A stretch of 64,000 bases of DNA. It comes from Patescibacteria group bacterium (GTDB taxonomy: Bacteria; Patescibacteriota; Minisyncoccia; Phycocordibacterales; Phycocordibacteraceae). Below are positions 23,511 through 33,584 of this stretch, piece by piece; position 1 is the stretch's first letter, and each line of letters starts with the position of its first letter. Where the stretch lies: assembly GCA_040388985.1 (NCBI GenBank), contig JAZKAU010000001.1:59359-123358 (forward strand). The letters run 5' to 3'. The position numbers and the translations under genes were made by a program. The notes below the pieces were generated by a model, which did no database searches, was not told the origin of the DNA, and saw only the letters and a program-made list of their open reading frames with translations.

Positions 23511-24059
23511 GTGAAGAAACTACTTAGAAAGTATCTGTCCGCGGCGCTTATCCTGCTGTTCATTATCGCGTGGGCACTCGTACTTATCCTTATTCCGCCA
23601 AGCACCATCGTAGCTGCCGTTGGACCCGGCAATACCTATCTGGTCGGCTTCATCGTCGCCCTCGTCGCAGGATTCTCTGCCATTACCGGCACTACTGCCT
23701 ACGCCACCATCATCGAGTTTGCGCGCGGCGGAGCCGACCCACTCCTGCTCGGAGCCATAAGCGGCATCGGACTATTCATAAGCGATGCCGCTTTCTACGC
23801 GCTTGCACTGCGGGGGCGCCGGGTCGTGAGCCGCAAATGGAAGAAGCCCTTTGCGGTAGTTCGACGGATCATGGACCGGATTCCGGACGCGGCGGTGTAT
23901 GTGGGCGTCTTTGCCTTTGCGGCCTTCGGTCCTATTCCGAACGATGTCCTGCTGGTGGCGCTTATCGTGGGCGACTATGAGTTCAAAAGGTTCTGGCCGT
24001 TTCTCCTGGCGGGTGATCTTACGTTCATGCTCTTTCTGAGCTATATATTTCAGCCTTAA
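23511..24059 (+). CDS. Membrane protein, unknown function
   Basis: 182 aa, 4-5 TM helices. Confidence 0.4.
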   Translation: MKKLLRKYLSAALILLFIIAWALVLILIPPSTIVAAVGPGNTYLVGFIVALVAGFSAITGTTAYATIIEFARGGADPLLLGAISGIGLFISDAAFYALALRGRRVVSRKWKKPFAVVRRIMDRIPDAAVYVGVFAFAAFGPIPNDVLLVALIVGDYEFKRFWPFLLAGDLTFMLFLSYIFQP

Positions 24060-24109
24060 TGAACAGCAGATATTAGCCTATAGCTAAAGGTGGCAGGGTA
24101 AACGTATAG

Positions 24110-24143
24110 CAAAAAGGCGTCCGCTATGCGGACGCCTTTTTGC
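24110..24143. terminator. Bidirectional intrinsic terminator between convergent genes
   Basis: caaaaaggcgtccgc-tatg-cggacgcctttttg. Confidence 0.65.
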
Positions 24144-24163
24144 TAAGACCTATATCCTGTTAC

Positions 24164-24724
24164 CTACTCGCTGCCCTTGATGGCCTTCAGCAGGGTGTCC
24201 GCATCCGAGACCGTAAACGGGTCCTCCGCGCAGTTGTCTGAGAAGCCCGGCTCTGCAAAGAGCTTCTCGATGATCCCGTCTTTTACGAGCATGGAATAGC
24301 GCCATGAGCGTTCACCGAAGCCCAGGTTAGACTTTGCCACCAGCATTCCCATGCCGCGCGTGAAGTCAGCATTTCCGTCCGGAAGCATCTGCACCTTAGT
24401 AACGCCGAGCGCGTCCGCCCACTTCTTCATTACAAAGGCGTCATTCACCGAGAGGCAGTAGACTTCATCCACGCCCGCTGCGCGGAAATCATCATACGCG
24501 GCTTCAAAGCCCGGCGCGTGCGTACTCGAGCAAGTCGGCGTAAAGGCACCGGGAAGACCGAAGACGACGACCGTCTTACCTTTGAAAATATCGTCGGTCG
24601 AGACATCCAGCCAGCGATACGGGTTCTCGCCGCCCACCGATTCGTCGCGCACGCGGGTCTTAAAGACCACCTTCGGCACGGTATCGCCCTCCTTCAGCTG
24701 AACCGGGGTATCCTTTTCGTTCAT
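24164..24724 (-). CDS. Prx5-type peroxiredoxin
   Basis: VVVFGLPGAFTPTCSSTHAPGF peroxidatic Cys motif. Confidence 0.75.
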   Translation of the reverse strand: MNEKDTPVQLKEGDTVPKVVFKTRVRDESVGGENPYRWLDVSTDDIFKGKTVVVFGLPGAFTPTCSSTHAPGFEAAYDDFRAAGVDEVYCLSVNDAFVMKKWADALGVTKVQMLPDGNADFTRGMGMLVAKSNLGFGERSWRYSMLVKDGIIEKLFAEPGFSDNCAEDPFTVSDADTLLKAIKGSE

Positions 24725-24860
24725 AGTAGTAAATAGGTGATGAATAAGTCCTTCTACTATAACAAAAGGCGCGGCAGAGAGTCCATGGAATCGTTCATCA
24801 TATGCTCATGAAGCTCATGCTCTACTATAACGAGTTATAAACATTCACTAACCCTACTCT

Positions 24861-25214
24861 ATGCATCCTTATACCGCACCAAGCACTAAGCCTCTGTATC
24901 GCGGTACCCAAGTCGTCTGGTATATCCTCGGCATTATCGAAGCTCTGCTCATCTTCCGCTTCATACTGAAGCTCCTAGGCGCTAATCCTGCCGCGGGCTT
25001 CACCCACTTCATATACTCCGTCGGCTATCCCTTCGTAGCTCCCTTCCAGAGCGTCTTCCGTACCAGCCAGGTATCCGGAAGCGTATTCGAGTGGTCTACG
25101 GTTCTTGCAATGGTCGTTTACTGGCTTATCGCGCTTGCGATTATCAGGCTATTCGTCATGAGCAAGGCGGTGACGACGCCGGAGGCGGCAGTGAAGCTCG
25201 AAGAACAAGAATAG
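24861..25214 (+). CDS. Small membrane protein (possibly YggT-like)
   Basis: 117 aa, two TM helices. Confidence 0.35.
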   Translation: MHPYTAPSTKPLYRGTQVVWYILGIIEALLIFRFILKLLGANPAAGFTHFIYSVGYPFVAPFQSVFRTSQVSGSVFEWSTVLAMVVYWLIALAIIRLFVMSKAVTTPEAAVKLEEQE

Positions 25215-25421
25215 AAGAAAACTCTAAAATACAGCAATCTGAATCGTTGTACCCCTTCGGGTACTTCGATGCGTCGTGCTCCCAGCTAATTTCTTCCACG
25301 TACGCCCCTAGTGACTTACGAGTCATCGAGTTAGACATTAGGTAGTGCCCCTGGGGCGCCCCGCGTACGTTTACAGAAATTACCTGCCCACGCCTTGCAT
25401 CTCACTGCATTTTCTAGCTTT

Positions 25422-26480
25422 CTAGAGCACTGGCTCACGCCCACGTCTTTTGAAGAAACGTCCTTCGAGCGAGTACTTGTCATACCCGTAGAAGATAAAC
25501 GCTACCGGTATACCGATAAGGACGATGTGCGGCCACACCGCTTCGCCGAAATAGCTGAGCGAGAGCGAGAGCCAGAAGAGCACGAACAGAGCAGTGAAGC
25601 GGATCTCGATACCGAGGATAAAGAACGTACCGATAAGTAATTCGATGATTGCAGCGCCGAGCACCAGGAAATGAGGCTCAAAACCGAAGAAGGCGACGAG
25701 GCTCGGATAAGCGACAGTGACATCGAGCGCAAGGTTATTGTGGATAACTTTCGCGTACAGCGAAGCATAGATGAGCGAGATACCGAAGGCGACGCGCAGG
25801 AAAGCGAAGGTGCAGGGCATGAGCTGCTCCTTCAGACGAAGAAGCGCTCTCGGCAGCCGCCGCGCGTCATAACCTCTATGATGGACCGCTACCGTATGCG
25901 CGCCGAGCACGAGGAGGATAAGCAGCTCGCCCAGGTAATTCGTATAGGTAAGAAGATAGGATCCGTGCTGTGCGGCTTCGATGACAAACAATATGAGCCC
26001 TGCAAGGGCTGCGACACGCGTATACATGCCGATGACGAGCAGGCAGCCGCAGATGGCGAGTATCAGGGCTACCAAGGTAGCATACGGGCCGAAGGTGCCT
26101 GATAGCGGCAACTCCGGGCCGAACAGCGCGGCATTATAGGACGCTGCAAGGAGTGACAATCCTATAGTGACCCGGCTTATGGCGGGTGCATACGGTGGAA
26201 GCTTTGCCAGCCAGGGATCAAGCCAGCTCTCAAGGGTACGCGATATGGAAACGAAGAATACGATGAAAATGACAAGTACCGCTATGAATGCCCAGAAGAC
26301 GAAGAGGTTGATATTGGAAAGCGCGACCTGGATTTCAGAGAAGCTCGGGGTGGCGACAGCGGTCCGCACGACGTCGGGCGGCAGAACATAGACTTCATGA
26401 GCTGAAGCGACCGTTGGAAGAAGACCTCCTGTCGTGGCAAGTGCGAAGGAGAATATGCGCATTACCCGTAAGCGTATCAT
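25422..26480 (-). CDS. Polytopic membrane protein with N-terminal signal sequence
   Basis: Start moved to MIRLRVMRIFSFALATTGGLLPTVASA to avoid overlap with tdk; about 10 TM helices. Confidence 0.4.
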   Translation of the reverse strand: MIRLRVMRIFSFALATTGGLLPTVASAHEVYVLPPDVVRTAVATPSFSEIQVALSNINLFVFWAFIAVLVIFIVFFVSISRTLESWLDPWLAKLPPYAPAISRVTIGLSLLAASYNAALFGPELPLSGTFGPYATLVALILAICGCLLVIGMYTRVAALAGLILFVIEAAQHGSYLLTYTNYLGELLILLVLGAHTVAVHHRGYDARRLPRALLRLKEQLMPCTFAFLRVAFGISLIYASLYAKVIHNNLALDVTVAYPSLVAFFGFEPHFLVLGAAIIELLIGTFFILGIEIRFTALFVLFWLSLSLSYFGEAVWPHIVLIGIPVAFIFYGYDKYSLEGRFFKRRGREPVL

Positions 26481-26502
26481 GCGGATCTGGCTACTTAGAA
26501 AG

Positions 26503-27114
26503 CTATGCGGGCGAAGAGAAGCACGCGCGGCATCTTGCCTGATACATATCCGCATCTCCCACAGCGACTTCTGACTTCTCCTCGGTCAGGCGCTGGGACT
26601 TATGCGCCTCATAGGAGCCGCAGGTCATACAGACCGCTGAGAGCTTCTCGACCGAGTCAGCGAGCGCCAGGATTCCCGGCATGATGCCGAACGGATTCTC
26701 CGCAAAATCGGTATCGAGCCCTGCGATCAGGACACGGAGCGAATCTGCGCGTCTTGCCTGAAGCAAGGCACGTATCTCGCGTCCGAACCACCCGAGCGAA
26801 TCCTGGACCGGCTCATCGAGCGGGAAGAACTGCGCTTCGTCTATGGCAAGCACGTCAAAATCGTTTGCCGCCGTCGCCTCACGGAACTCATCGACCGAGC
26901 CAATGATGCGGGCGGGGAATTTCTCGGTGATGCTCGTCGATCCGTCCGGATGTACCTGTCTTGAAGCTATGAAGGCCTCGGTCCGGGTATCGCGCGCGGG
27001 TTTCAGCACCAGGATGCGCTTGCCGGCATAGGTGGCGCGCTTAAGCTCTGAGATGAGTCGTTCGGTCTTCGCAGAGAACATGGGACCGACATAAGCTTCA
27101 AGGTGCGTGGGCAT
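26503..27114 (-). CDS. tdk: Thymidine kinase
   Basis: GPMFSAKTERLI P-loop, VLAIDEAQFF, C-terminal Zn Cys pairs CMTCGS...RCRAC. Confidence 0.85.
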   Translation of the reverse strand: MPTHLEAYVGPMFSAKTERLISELKRATYAGKRILVLKPARDTRTEAFIASRQVHPDGSTSITEKFPARIIGSVDEFREATAANDFDVLAIDEAQFFPLDEPVQDSLGWFGREIRALLQARRADSLRVLIAGLDTDFAENPFGIMPGILALADSVEKLSAVCMTCGSYEAHKSQRLTEEKSEVAVGDADMYQARCRACFSSPA

Positions 27115-27115
27115 A

Positions 27116-27255
27116 CCCGGTTATGACAACATGGCATTACTGGTATCCGTGCTTACTATGTACTTATCCAGGAGGAAGGAAGGTTCGAATTTCTCTATCT
27201 TTATTGCCATGCGTGAGTACCAGTATAGAGCACGATGCCATGTTGTCATACCGGG
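27116..27255. repeat. Long imperfect hairpin / IR-bounded element abutting the tdk start codon
   Basis: Arms cccggttatgacaacatggcat+tactggta (27116-27145) and taccagta..atgccatgttgtcataccggg (27218-27255); purine-rich ~70-nt loop. Confidence 0.5.
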
Positions 27256-27295
27256 CATGATGGTACGCACAGTATAAGCGACGGACAGGGAATAA

Positions 27296-27325
27296 GAAAA
27301 GCGCCCGCTTGCGCGGGCGCTTTTC
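27296..27325. terminator. Intrinsic terminator downstream of csp
   Basis: gaaaagcgcccgc-ttgc-gcgggcgcttttc. Confidence 0.7.
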
Positions 27326-27341
27326 TCAAGCTCAGTCTAGA

Positions 27342-27542
27342 TTAGACCTTGCTAACGTTGATGGCGTTTGGGCCCTTCGGGCTGTCGCCGACCTCGAACG
27401 AGACGGTGTCTCCCTCCTGGAGCTCGTCGAACGAAATGTTCTTGAGTTCGTTGGAATGGAAGAATAGGTCCTTGTCCTGGCCTTCGATCTTGATGAATCC
27501 GAATCCGTTAGGATTCTTCTTCAGTACGATTCCTTGCTGCAT
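27342..27542 (-). CDS. cspA: Cold-shock protein (CspA family)
   Basis: [33 protein letters not shown]... RNP-1-like GFGFI; start set at the MQQG ATG (27542), not the upstream track start. Confidence 0.85.
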   Translation of the reverse strand: MQQGIVLKKNPNGFGFIKIEGQDKDLFFHSNELKNISFDELQEGDTVSFEVGDSPKGPNAINVSKV

Positions 27543-27698
27543 ATAGTAGAAAGTGTTTCTGCGATTAAGTATCAAGTCAGCGTTTGGGAGAGAAGTTCGA
27601 TCCTTGCTTCTTTGGATCCAAGTTCTGGTTGATAGAGTAAAAATACCATGTCGTACGACTTGAGTCAATGCCAGGTTAGATCTGGGGATAGAATTCGG

Positions 27699-27938
27699 TT
27701 AGGCGGTAGGAACGCGCAGGCGGGCAGGGAGCCAGTCCATGACGCGCTTGCGGTGCTGGTCGAGCGACCATGCGCCGCTACGAACGAAGAGGGAAGCGTG
27801 ATCGCGACGGAATTCTTCGAGCAGAGGAGCAGAGGCACGCGGGAACTGTGAGGGCAGCTCGTCGTTATAACACTCGAGGAATTGAGCTAGAGTGAGGGTC
27901 TTCTCACTACGTATTCGATCAAGGTCAGGAAGCTTCAT
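27699..27938 (-). CDS. Hypothetical 79-aa protein
   Basis: ORF between the small basic protein gene and csp; no motif. Confidence 0.25.
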   Translation of the reverse strand: MKLPDLDRIRSEKTLTLAQFLECYNDELPSQFPRASAPLLEEFRRDHASLFVRSGAWSLDQHRKRVMDWLPARLRVPTA

Positions 27939-27972
27939 TGATATTCATAATACCATAAAGTTGGATGTAATG

Positions 27973-28001
27973 CAAAAGCGCCCGCTCTGCGGGCGCTTTT
28001 G
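27973..28001. terminator. Intrinsic terminator (near-copy of the 27296 hairpin)
   Basis: caaaagcgcccgc-tct-gcgggcgcttttg. Confidence 0.65.
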
Positions 28002-28016
28002 CATCTTGAGCATCGT

Positions 28017-28130
28017 TTACTTCGTGCGCGCAGCTTTAGCTGCGTGCTTGATAGCGAGACGCTTCGCCGTCTTCTTAGGATGACTGCGAACCTTCTTCGA
28101 ACTTACTCCATGCTTGCCTACGTTTGCCAT
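28017..28130 (-). CDS. Very small basic protein (37 aa, ribosomal-protein-like composition)
   Basis: MANVGKHGVSSKKVRSHPKKTAKRLAIKHAAKAARTK; immediately followed by the terminator hairpin; not in the ORF track (<60 aa). Confidence 0.3.
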   Translation of the reverse strand: MANVGKHGVSSKKVRSHPKKTAKRLAIKHAAKAARTK

Positions 28131-28189
28131 ATATCAGTTATATTCGGTTGATAGGCGTACTATACTACGAATACGCAATATGTGCTTCT

Positions 28190-28537
28190 TTATGCTCCAA
28201 CAGGCAATGCATTTGCCGGCATGACCTCTATCCACGCCTGCGGAATACCGAGATGCGGATGTCCTTCGAAGAGCGTAGCTGCCGCGTCCTGCGACTCTGC
28301 TTCTACGAGCGAATACATCATGACGTCATTGGTAGCATCGGTGATGCCTTCTGAAGTGATGCGCTTGTCCTTACCGGCTCCGGCGGTCTCGATGACCTGT
28401 CCTTCGTATTTCTTCATCCACTCCTGCCACTTGCCCTTCATCTTCTCCTCCGCAGCCTTGCGCGTGTCAGGATCAGTCTTCATCCACTCCGCGATTACCG
28501 AAGCAGGGGCCATATAGAGAACCAGAAATTTTTCCAT
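28190..28537 (-). CDS. Hypothetical protein
   Basis: 115-aa ORF, no clear motif. Confidence 0.3.
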   Translation of the reverse strand: MEKFLVLYMAPASVIAEWMKTDPDTRKAAEEKMKGKWQEWMKKYEGQVIETAGAGKDKRITSEGITDATNDVMMYSLVEAESQDAAATLFEGHPHLGIPQAWIEVMPANALPVGA

Positions 28538-28693
28538 AAGTGAAATCTATATTATCAAACCTTGTATATGAGCAGTATACCTCCGACCGCACCCGGAAGA
28601 TACGCGTAGGCCTTGCACGAATTAGCATAATGTGGCATATTAGGAGCCATAACGGACGGATATAGCGCCCTTTATCTAATTATATTCAGTTCT

Positions 28694-30313
28694 ATGGATA
28701 CTCGCTTCCAAACTCCTTCGACACTCATCTCTCTAGCTGGACTCGCGGTGAGCGCGACCGCCCTGCTCGCACCTATCAGTACGCTAGCCGCAGCTCCCTC
28801 CTGCACGCTTACAGCGACTCCTACGAGCACGGCTGTAGGCAGCCAGGTCAGTCTCAGCTGGACATCGACGGGCGCGAGCTACGCTTCGTGGATCCAGAAC
28901 AAGGCTGCAGCTATTCTCGGTCTTTCAGGTGACGGAGAAGGTTCGAAAGGATCAGAGACGTACATCCTCGGGAACACGACCGGTACGATCGCGCCGTCCC
29001 TCCAGGTCTCCCAGACAGGTCTAGACCTCGCTAGGATCTCTACAGTGAACCTGCCCTCATTCACTAACGCCATCGGCCTCGTCGTCCTAGGGAAGTACGC
29101 ATACGTTGTCGATGCTGGAGCCGGACACCAGTTGGACATACTCGATATATCGAAGCCTGCCGCGCCGGTGATCGTCGGCACGCTGAGCGATCTCACGAAT
29201 CTGAACGGCGCATTCTACCTCAAGATCGTAGGCAATTATGCCTACATCACGGCCACCGGAAGTAATCGGCTTACGATTGTCGACATTAGCAAGCCGACGG
29301 CGCCTAAGGTAGTGGGTTCCGTGAATGATGCCCGGTTGAACAGTCCGCGCGGACTGTTCATTTCCGGCAAGTATGCCTATGTAGTAGGGAATACGAACGC
29401 ATCTTTCAGCGTTATTGATATCTCGAATCCAGCATTGCCAAAAATTGTGAGCTTTATAACAGACGCAGTGAAACTTTCGGGAGGAGACGCGGTGGACGTA
29501 GACGGGCGCTACGCGTATGTCGCAGCAGGCGGAAGCAACTCGCTTACCGTGATCGATATACTCAATCCTGCGGCACCAGTGATCGTCGGAAGCATCACGG
29601 ATACTGCGCGCATGAGTAATCCTAAGGAATTGGTGGTGGAGGATGGCTATGCCTACGTCACCGCTCTCGGCAGCAATGATCTGATCATCGTTAACATCGC
29701 GAATCCGAAAGCGCCGGTCATAGTCAGCACCGTATCGGATGCGGTACAGCTCGGTGGCCCGAAGAATCTGGCGATTCGCGACGGCGTGGCCTACGTTACT
29801 GCCAACAGCGGCCGGAGTCTCACTATCGTGAATATAAGCGACCCGAAAGCGCCTGCTATCGTAACCACGCTCAGGGATACGACGAATCTGTCTGACCCGC
29901 GCGGCGTAGCGATCTCGGGAGGGAATATCTATGTAGCATCCGGAAGCAAGTTCAACGCATTCGCTACATCCGAGACGCTCGCTACGGCTCAGTGCTCGAC
30001 CACCATCACGGTATCGGGAGGCAGCCCTGCGCCTTCGGCTTCTGTCGACTCGGCGAAGACGGCTGCTGCAGGGAACGCGACTTCGGCTTCCATAGGCGGC
30101 TCGGCGAGCGGCGTGAGCGCGCTTACCGTGATCGTATATCCTTCTGATGACTATGATACGATCGTCTATCGCAATAACGCGGTTCCGGTGACTAGCGGAC
30201 ATTGGTCCCTCACGCTCCCCTTGAAGAAGGGAAGCTACATGATAGAAGTGCATGTCGCATCCACTACTCCTTCAGGAGGCACCTATCTCACGAGCAGCAC
30301 CACCTCTCTTTAG
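28694..30313 (+). CDS. Secreted LVIVD-repeat beta-propeller protein (paralog 1)
   Basis: Signal peptide; repeated YAYV..(A/G)..L.I.DIS.P..P..V units; 539 aa. Confidence 0.65.
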   Translation: MDTRFQTPSTLISLAGLAVSATALLAPISTLAAAPSCTLTATPTSTAVGSQVSLSWTSTGASYASWIQNKAAAILGLSGDGEGSKGSETYILGNTTGTIAPSLQVSQTGLDLARISTVNLPSFTNAIGLVVLGKYAYVVDAGAGHQLDILDISKPAAPVIVGTLSDLTNLNGAFYLKIVGNYAYITATGSNRLTIVDISKPTAPKVVGSVNDARLNSPRGLFISGKYAYVVGNTNASFSVIDISNPALPKIVSFITDAVKLSGGDAVDVDGRYAYVAAGGSNSLTVIDILNPAAPVIVGSITDTARMSNPKELVVEDGYAYVTALGSNDLIIVNIANPKAPVIVSTVSDAVQLGGPKNLAIRDGVAYVTANSGRSLTIVNISDPKAPAIVTTLRDTTNLSDPRGVAISGGNIYVASGSKFNAFATSETLATAQCSTTITVSGGSPAPSASVDSAKTAAAGNATSASIGGSASGVSALTVIVYPSDDYDTIVYRNNAVPVTSGHWSLTLPLKKGSYMIEVHVASTTPSGGTYLTSSTTSL

Positions 30314-30335
30314 CCCCTTCTGTGGGGCAGGACTC

Positions 30336-32120
30336 TTACTCCGCACTCGTCGCCACGAACTGAGCCCACGCTTCCTGGAACGTCGCGTTCCTTTCGAGCA
30401 AGTCATTAAATGTGCCCATATCCACTATCCGACCTTTCTCGAACATATAGATACGGTCGAAGAACTTGAGAAGATTCATTTTATGTATGGAGGCGATGAC
30501 TGTTTTGCCCGCGAACGCCTCCCAGATATTGCCGTATATCTCCGTCTCGTTCTCGGAATCCACTGAACTCGTAGACTCGTCGAGCAGGATCATTTCTTTA
30601 TCCTTGGAGAAGAGAAGCGCACGCGAAAGCGCGAGGCGCTGCTTCTGACCGCCTGAAAGATTCACGCCTTTCTCGTTTATGACCGACTCGAGGCCTTTCG
30701 GAAGACCCTGTACTACTTCTTCGAAGTTCGCGACACGCATGGCATGCAGCACATCTTCTTCGGAGTAGTCGGTACCGAGCGTGATGTTCTCCCGGATGGT
30801 GGACGAGAATATCTCCGGTTCCTGCGGAACCAGCATGGTCTTGAGATCGATGTCAGCGAAAGAAGTCGAGAAACTTGCACCATCGTCGAACGACAGCGAT
30901 GACTCTGCGGTCGGGTAGAGGCCGTGCAAGACTTTCAAGAAGGTCGTCTTTCCCGAACCCGACTCCCCGATGACAGCGACGCGCTCTCCCTGCGCTATGG
31001 AAAGGCTGATAGCGTCAAGATTCGGTATATTACCCACGCCTTCATACGCGAAAGTCAGGTCGCTAATAGTGAATGTCTTCCACGTTGTAACGGGCACATG
31101 CCGCAGTGTGCCTCGCACTGAGAATGCGTCTTCAATCGATTTCGCATTCAAAACGCGATTCTTGTAGATGGCAAGATCCTCGTAGAAGCCGGTGAAGCCG
31201 AAGTAGACGTAGATCAGACTCGATAGATACAAGTACAGGGTAGATAGGGTACCTGCATCCACGTATCTGCCCGAAGCGAGCGCGAAATATACATAGAAGG
31301 CGAGTGGGACGACGGCGATTCCTTGGAAGAAGACCGAGCCAACGAACCATTTAGCTTCACCGAGCTTCGAATTCGCGTGATAGAGGTCGTGCGGAGCCGT
31401 AAAGCGTGAGATGATGCCGTTCAGGATAGGCGTCTCGATATGGAGTATCTTTACGCTCGTCACGTTCGAGAGCGCATCGAAGACACTCGCCATCGCCTTA
31501 TTGCTGTACTCGTTGAGCCTGCGGTATTGCGGGACCAGATACCGGTCGAACTGGAATATGGCGATGAAGGAGATGAGCACGACGATGAAGACGCATACGG
31601 CTATGGCGGGAGAGAACCAGAACAACACTATCGAGGTACCGACCAGCTTCACGATGAGCTGATTTACTTGGAAGATATTCTGACCGAAGCGCGAGATGCT
31701 GTCTCCGGCCTTATTCACCTTGTCTATCGTGTCGCCCGAGTCATGCTCGCCGTGCCAGGTAAGGCCAAGCTCGAGCACGCCGTCGAGCAAATACCTGCGA
31801 TAGTTGATCTCGGTCCAGAACGCTACCCACCGCTCCAGCACGCGCGCAGGGCCGTGGAATGCCCAGTAGGCGATATCGGTGCCAAACAGTAAGGCAAGCA
31901 GGAGCATCAAGTAGCGGAAGTTATCAGCTATGATCCCATCTACCTGTATCTCACGGATGAACGCGCCGAATATGACCGGCGGGAGCAGGTTGATGAGGTT
32001 GGCGGCCAGGAACATGGCCGTATACAGGAGAATGCGTCCGCGCATTCCCTTAGAGAATTTCCAGTATTTCCGAATCAAGAATATGGTCGGCTCTTGCGAC
32101 AAAGATGGAACGAGTTTCAT
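30336..32120 (-). CDS. ABC transporter, fused permease/ATP-binding (exporter type)
   Basis: N-terminal 6-TM domain; Walker A GESGSGKTT, signature LSGGQKQRLALSRAL, Walker B ILLDESTSSVD. Confidence 0.85.
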   Translation of the reverse strand: MKLVPSLSQEPTIFLIRKYWKFSKGMRGRILLYTAMFLAANLINLLPPVIFGAFIREIQVDGIIADNFRYLMLLLALLFGTDIAYWAFHGPARVLERWVAFWTEINYRRYLLDGVLELGLTWHGEHDSGDTIDKVNKAGDSISRFGQNIFQVNQLIVKLVGTSIVLFWFSPAIAVCVFIVVLISFIAIFQFDRYLVPQYRRLNEYSNKAMASVFDALSNVTSVKILHIETPILNGIISRFTAPHDLYHANSKLGEAKWFVGSVFFQGIAVVPLAFYVYFALASGRYVDAGTLSTLYLYLSSLIYVYFGFTGFYEDLAIYKNRVLNAKSIEDAFSVRGTLRHVPVTTWKTFTISDLTFAYEGVGNIPNLDAISLSIAQGERVAVIGESGSGKTTFLKVLHGLYPTAESSLSFDDGASFSTSFADIDLKTMLVPQEPEIFSSTIRENITLGTDYSEEDVLHAMRVANFEEVVQGLPKGLESVINEKGVNLSGGQKQRLALSRALLFSKDKEMILLDESTSSVDSENETEIYGNIWEAFAGKTVIASIHKMNLLKFFDRIYMFEKGRIVDMGTFNDLLERNATFQEAWAQFVATSAE

Positions 32121-32171
32121 ACCTAATTCTGAAGATTATAGCAGGGTCTGCTGACGAGTTATACTTCACCT

Positions 32172-32819
32172 ATGACCGTGGAGAAGACCATATATTTCGT
32201 CCGGCACGGACAAAGCGAAGCCAACATAGCTGTTGGAGTTTCCCAACCTCTCGACTCGCCGCTTACACCTAAAGGCAAGGAACAGGCCGGACAAGTCGCT
32301 GAACGTGTAGGGCTTATAGCCTTCGACCTTCTTGTCTGCAGCACGCTTATTCGTGCGAAGCAGACATGCGAAGCCATTACCACACGTACCGGAAAGGAGC
32401 CTGTCTACTCTGAACTTTTTGTCGAGCGAAGAGAACCCGCAGAGCTTGCGGGAAAGTCGCGTGATGATACTGAAACATCAGAGTTGTGGGAAGCATGGAA
32501 CGAGAACCTTTATACTCCAGGATCTCGAGTAAGTAATGGAGAGAATTTTGATGACTTTATGGAGCGTGCAGACGCAGCCCTGGAGTACCTACAAGGGAGG
32601 GAGGAAGAAACGATACTCGTTGTCACGCACGGCCGGTTCTTGCGAGCCCTACTTGCTCGCGTCCTGCTCGGTCCTACCATTACAGGAGAATCTTTTCGCA
32701 GCTTTCAATCCAATATCGAAACGCAAAATACCGGCTTGTCAGTATTGAAATATGGTCAGCATCGAGGAGCCGTGGGCTGGTACGTATGGATATATAACGA
32801 TCACGCCCATCTGGGTTAG
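32172..32819 (+). CDS. Histidine phosphatase (phosphoglycerate mutase-like) family protein
   Basis: IYFVRHGQSEAN RHG motif; VVTHG. Confidence 0.65.
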   Translation: MTVEKTIYFVRHGQSEANIAVGVSQPLDSPLTPKGKEQAGQVAERVGLIAFDLLVCSTLIRAKQTCEAITTRTGKEPVYSELFVERREPAELAGKSRDDTETSELWEAWNENLYTPGSRVSNGENFDDFMERADAALEYLQGREEETILVVTHGRFLRALLARVLLGPTITGESFRSFQSNIETQNTGLSVLKYGQHRGAVGWYVWIYNDHAHLG

Positions 32820-32834
32820 GACCTCGACTCACCT

Positions 32835-33452
32835 ATGCTGAAAATCTACATCGCACGGCACGGACAGAACGAGGATAATGCGAACGGCATCCTCAACGGA
32901 CATCGCGACCTGCCACTCACCGAGCTCGGGCGAGAGCAGGCACGGCAACTTGCAGATGGCATCCAGGAAGCGGGATATGCCTTCGATGCTGTCTATGCTT
33001 CGCCGCTATCGCGCGCATACGACACCGCGCAGATCGTATGCGATACGCTCGGTATGGCTGATCCGATTATTCTTGATTCGGCCATAGAACGCGATTTCGG
33101 TGTCATGACCGGTGAGTTGGTCAGCGATATCGAGCGTCTATGTACGCCCGATATCCTGAAAACCGATCCCATCATCTATTTCCTGACGCCCGCAGGAGGC
33201 GAAACGTTCCCGATGGTCTTGGAAAGGGCTGGCGAGGCACTTGAACAGCTTAAAGCTGACCATCCGGAGGGTTCCGTGCTGCTGGTGACCCATGGCGACT
33301 TCGGAAAGATGATGTACGCAGCCTTCTATGATATTCCCTGGATGGACATGCTTACCAAATTTCACTTCGGCAACTGCGAACTGCTGCTTCTCTCAGAGGA
33401 TGTACATCCTGACGAATCTCACGTCTTAAAGATTGAACAGCATAATCATTAA
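32835..33452 (+). CDS. Histidine phosphatase (phosphoglycerate mutase-like) family protein, tandem paralog
   Basis: IYIARHGQNEDN; LVTHGDF. Confidence 0.65.
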   Translation: MLKIYIARHGQNEDNANGILNGHRDLPLTELGREQARQLADGIQEAGYAFDAVYASPLSRAYDTAQIVCDTLGMADPIILDSAIERDFGVMTGELVSDIERLCTPDILKTDPIIYFLTPAGGETFPMVLERAGEALEQLKADHPEGSVLLVTHGDFGKMMYAAFYDIPWMDMLTKFHFGNCELLLLSEDVHPDESHVLKIEQHNH

Positions 33453-33584
33453 AGCTTTTTGTGAGTACAGAGCTCCTGGAAAGGTTTTCTGCTGCCTTAT
33501 TTTCTGCTGCCTTAATTGTATTGAAAAAACGAAAAGCTGGGTCATAACCTTTTATCCCCAGAATTTTTAGAGAGAGAAGAGGTA

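Noticed and set aside
33496-33525. Tandem 15-bp duplication TTTTCTGCTGCCTTA x2 upstream of the nrdA leader
   Set aside because: Only two units and no interpretable function, so probably a simple slippage duplication.
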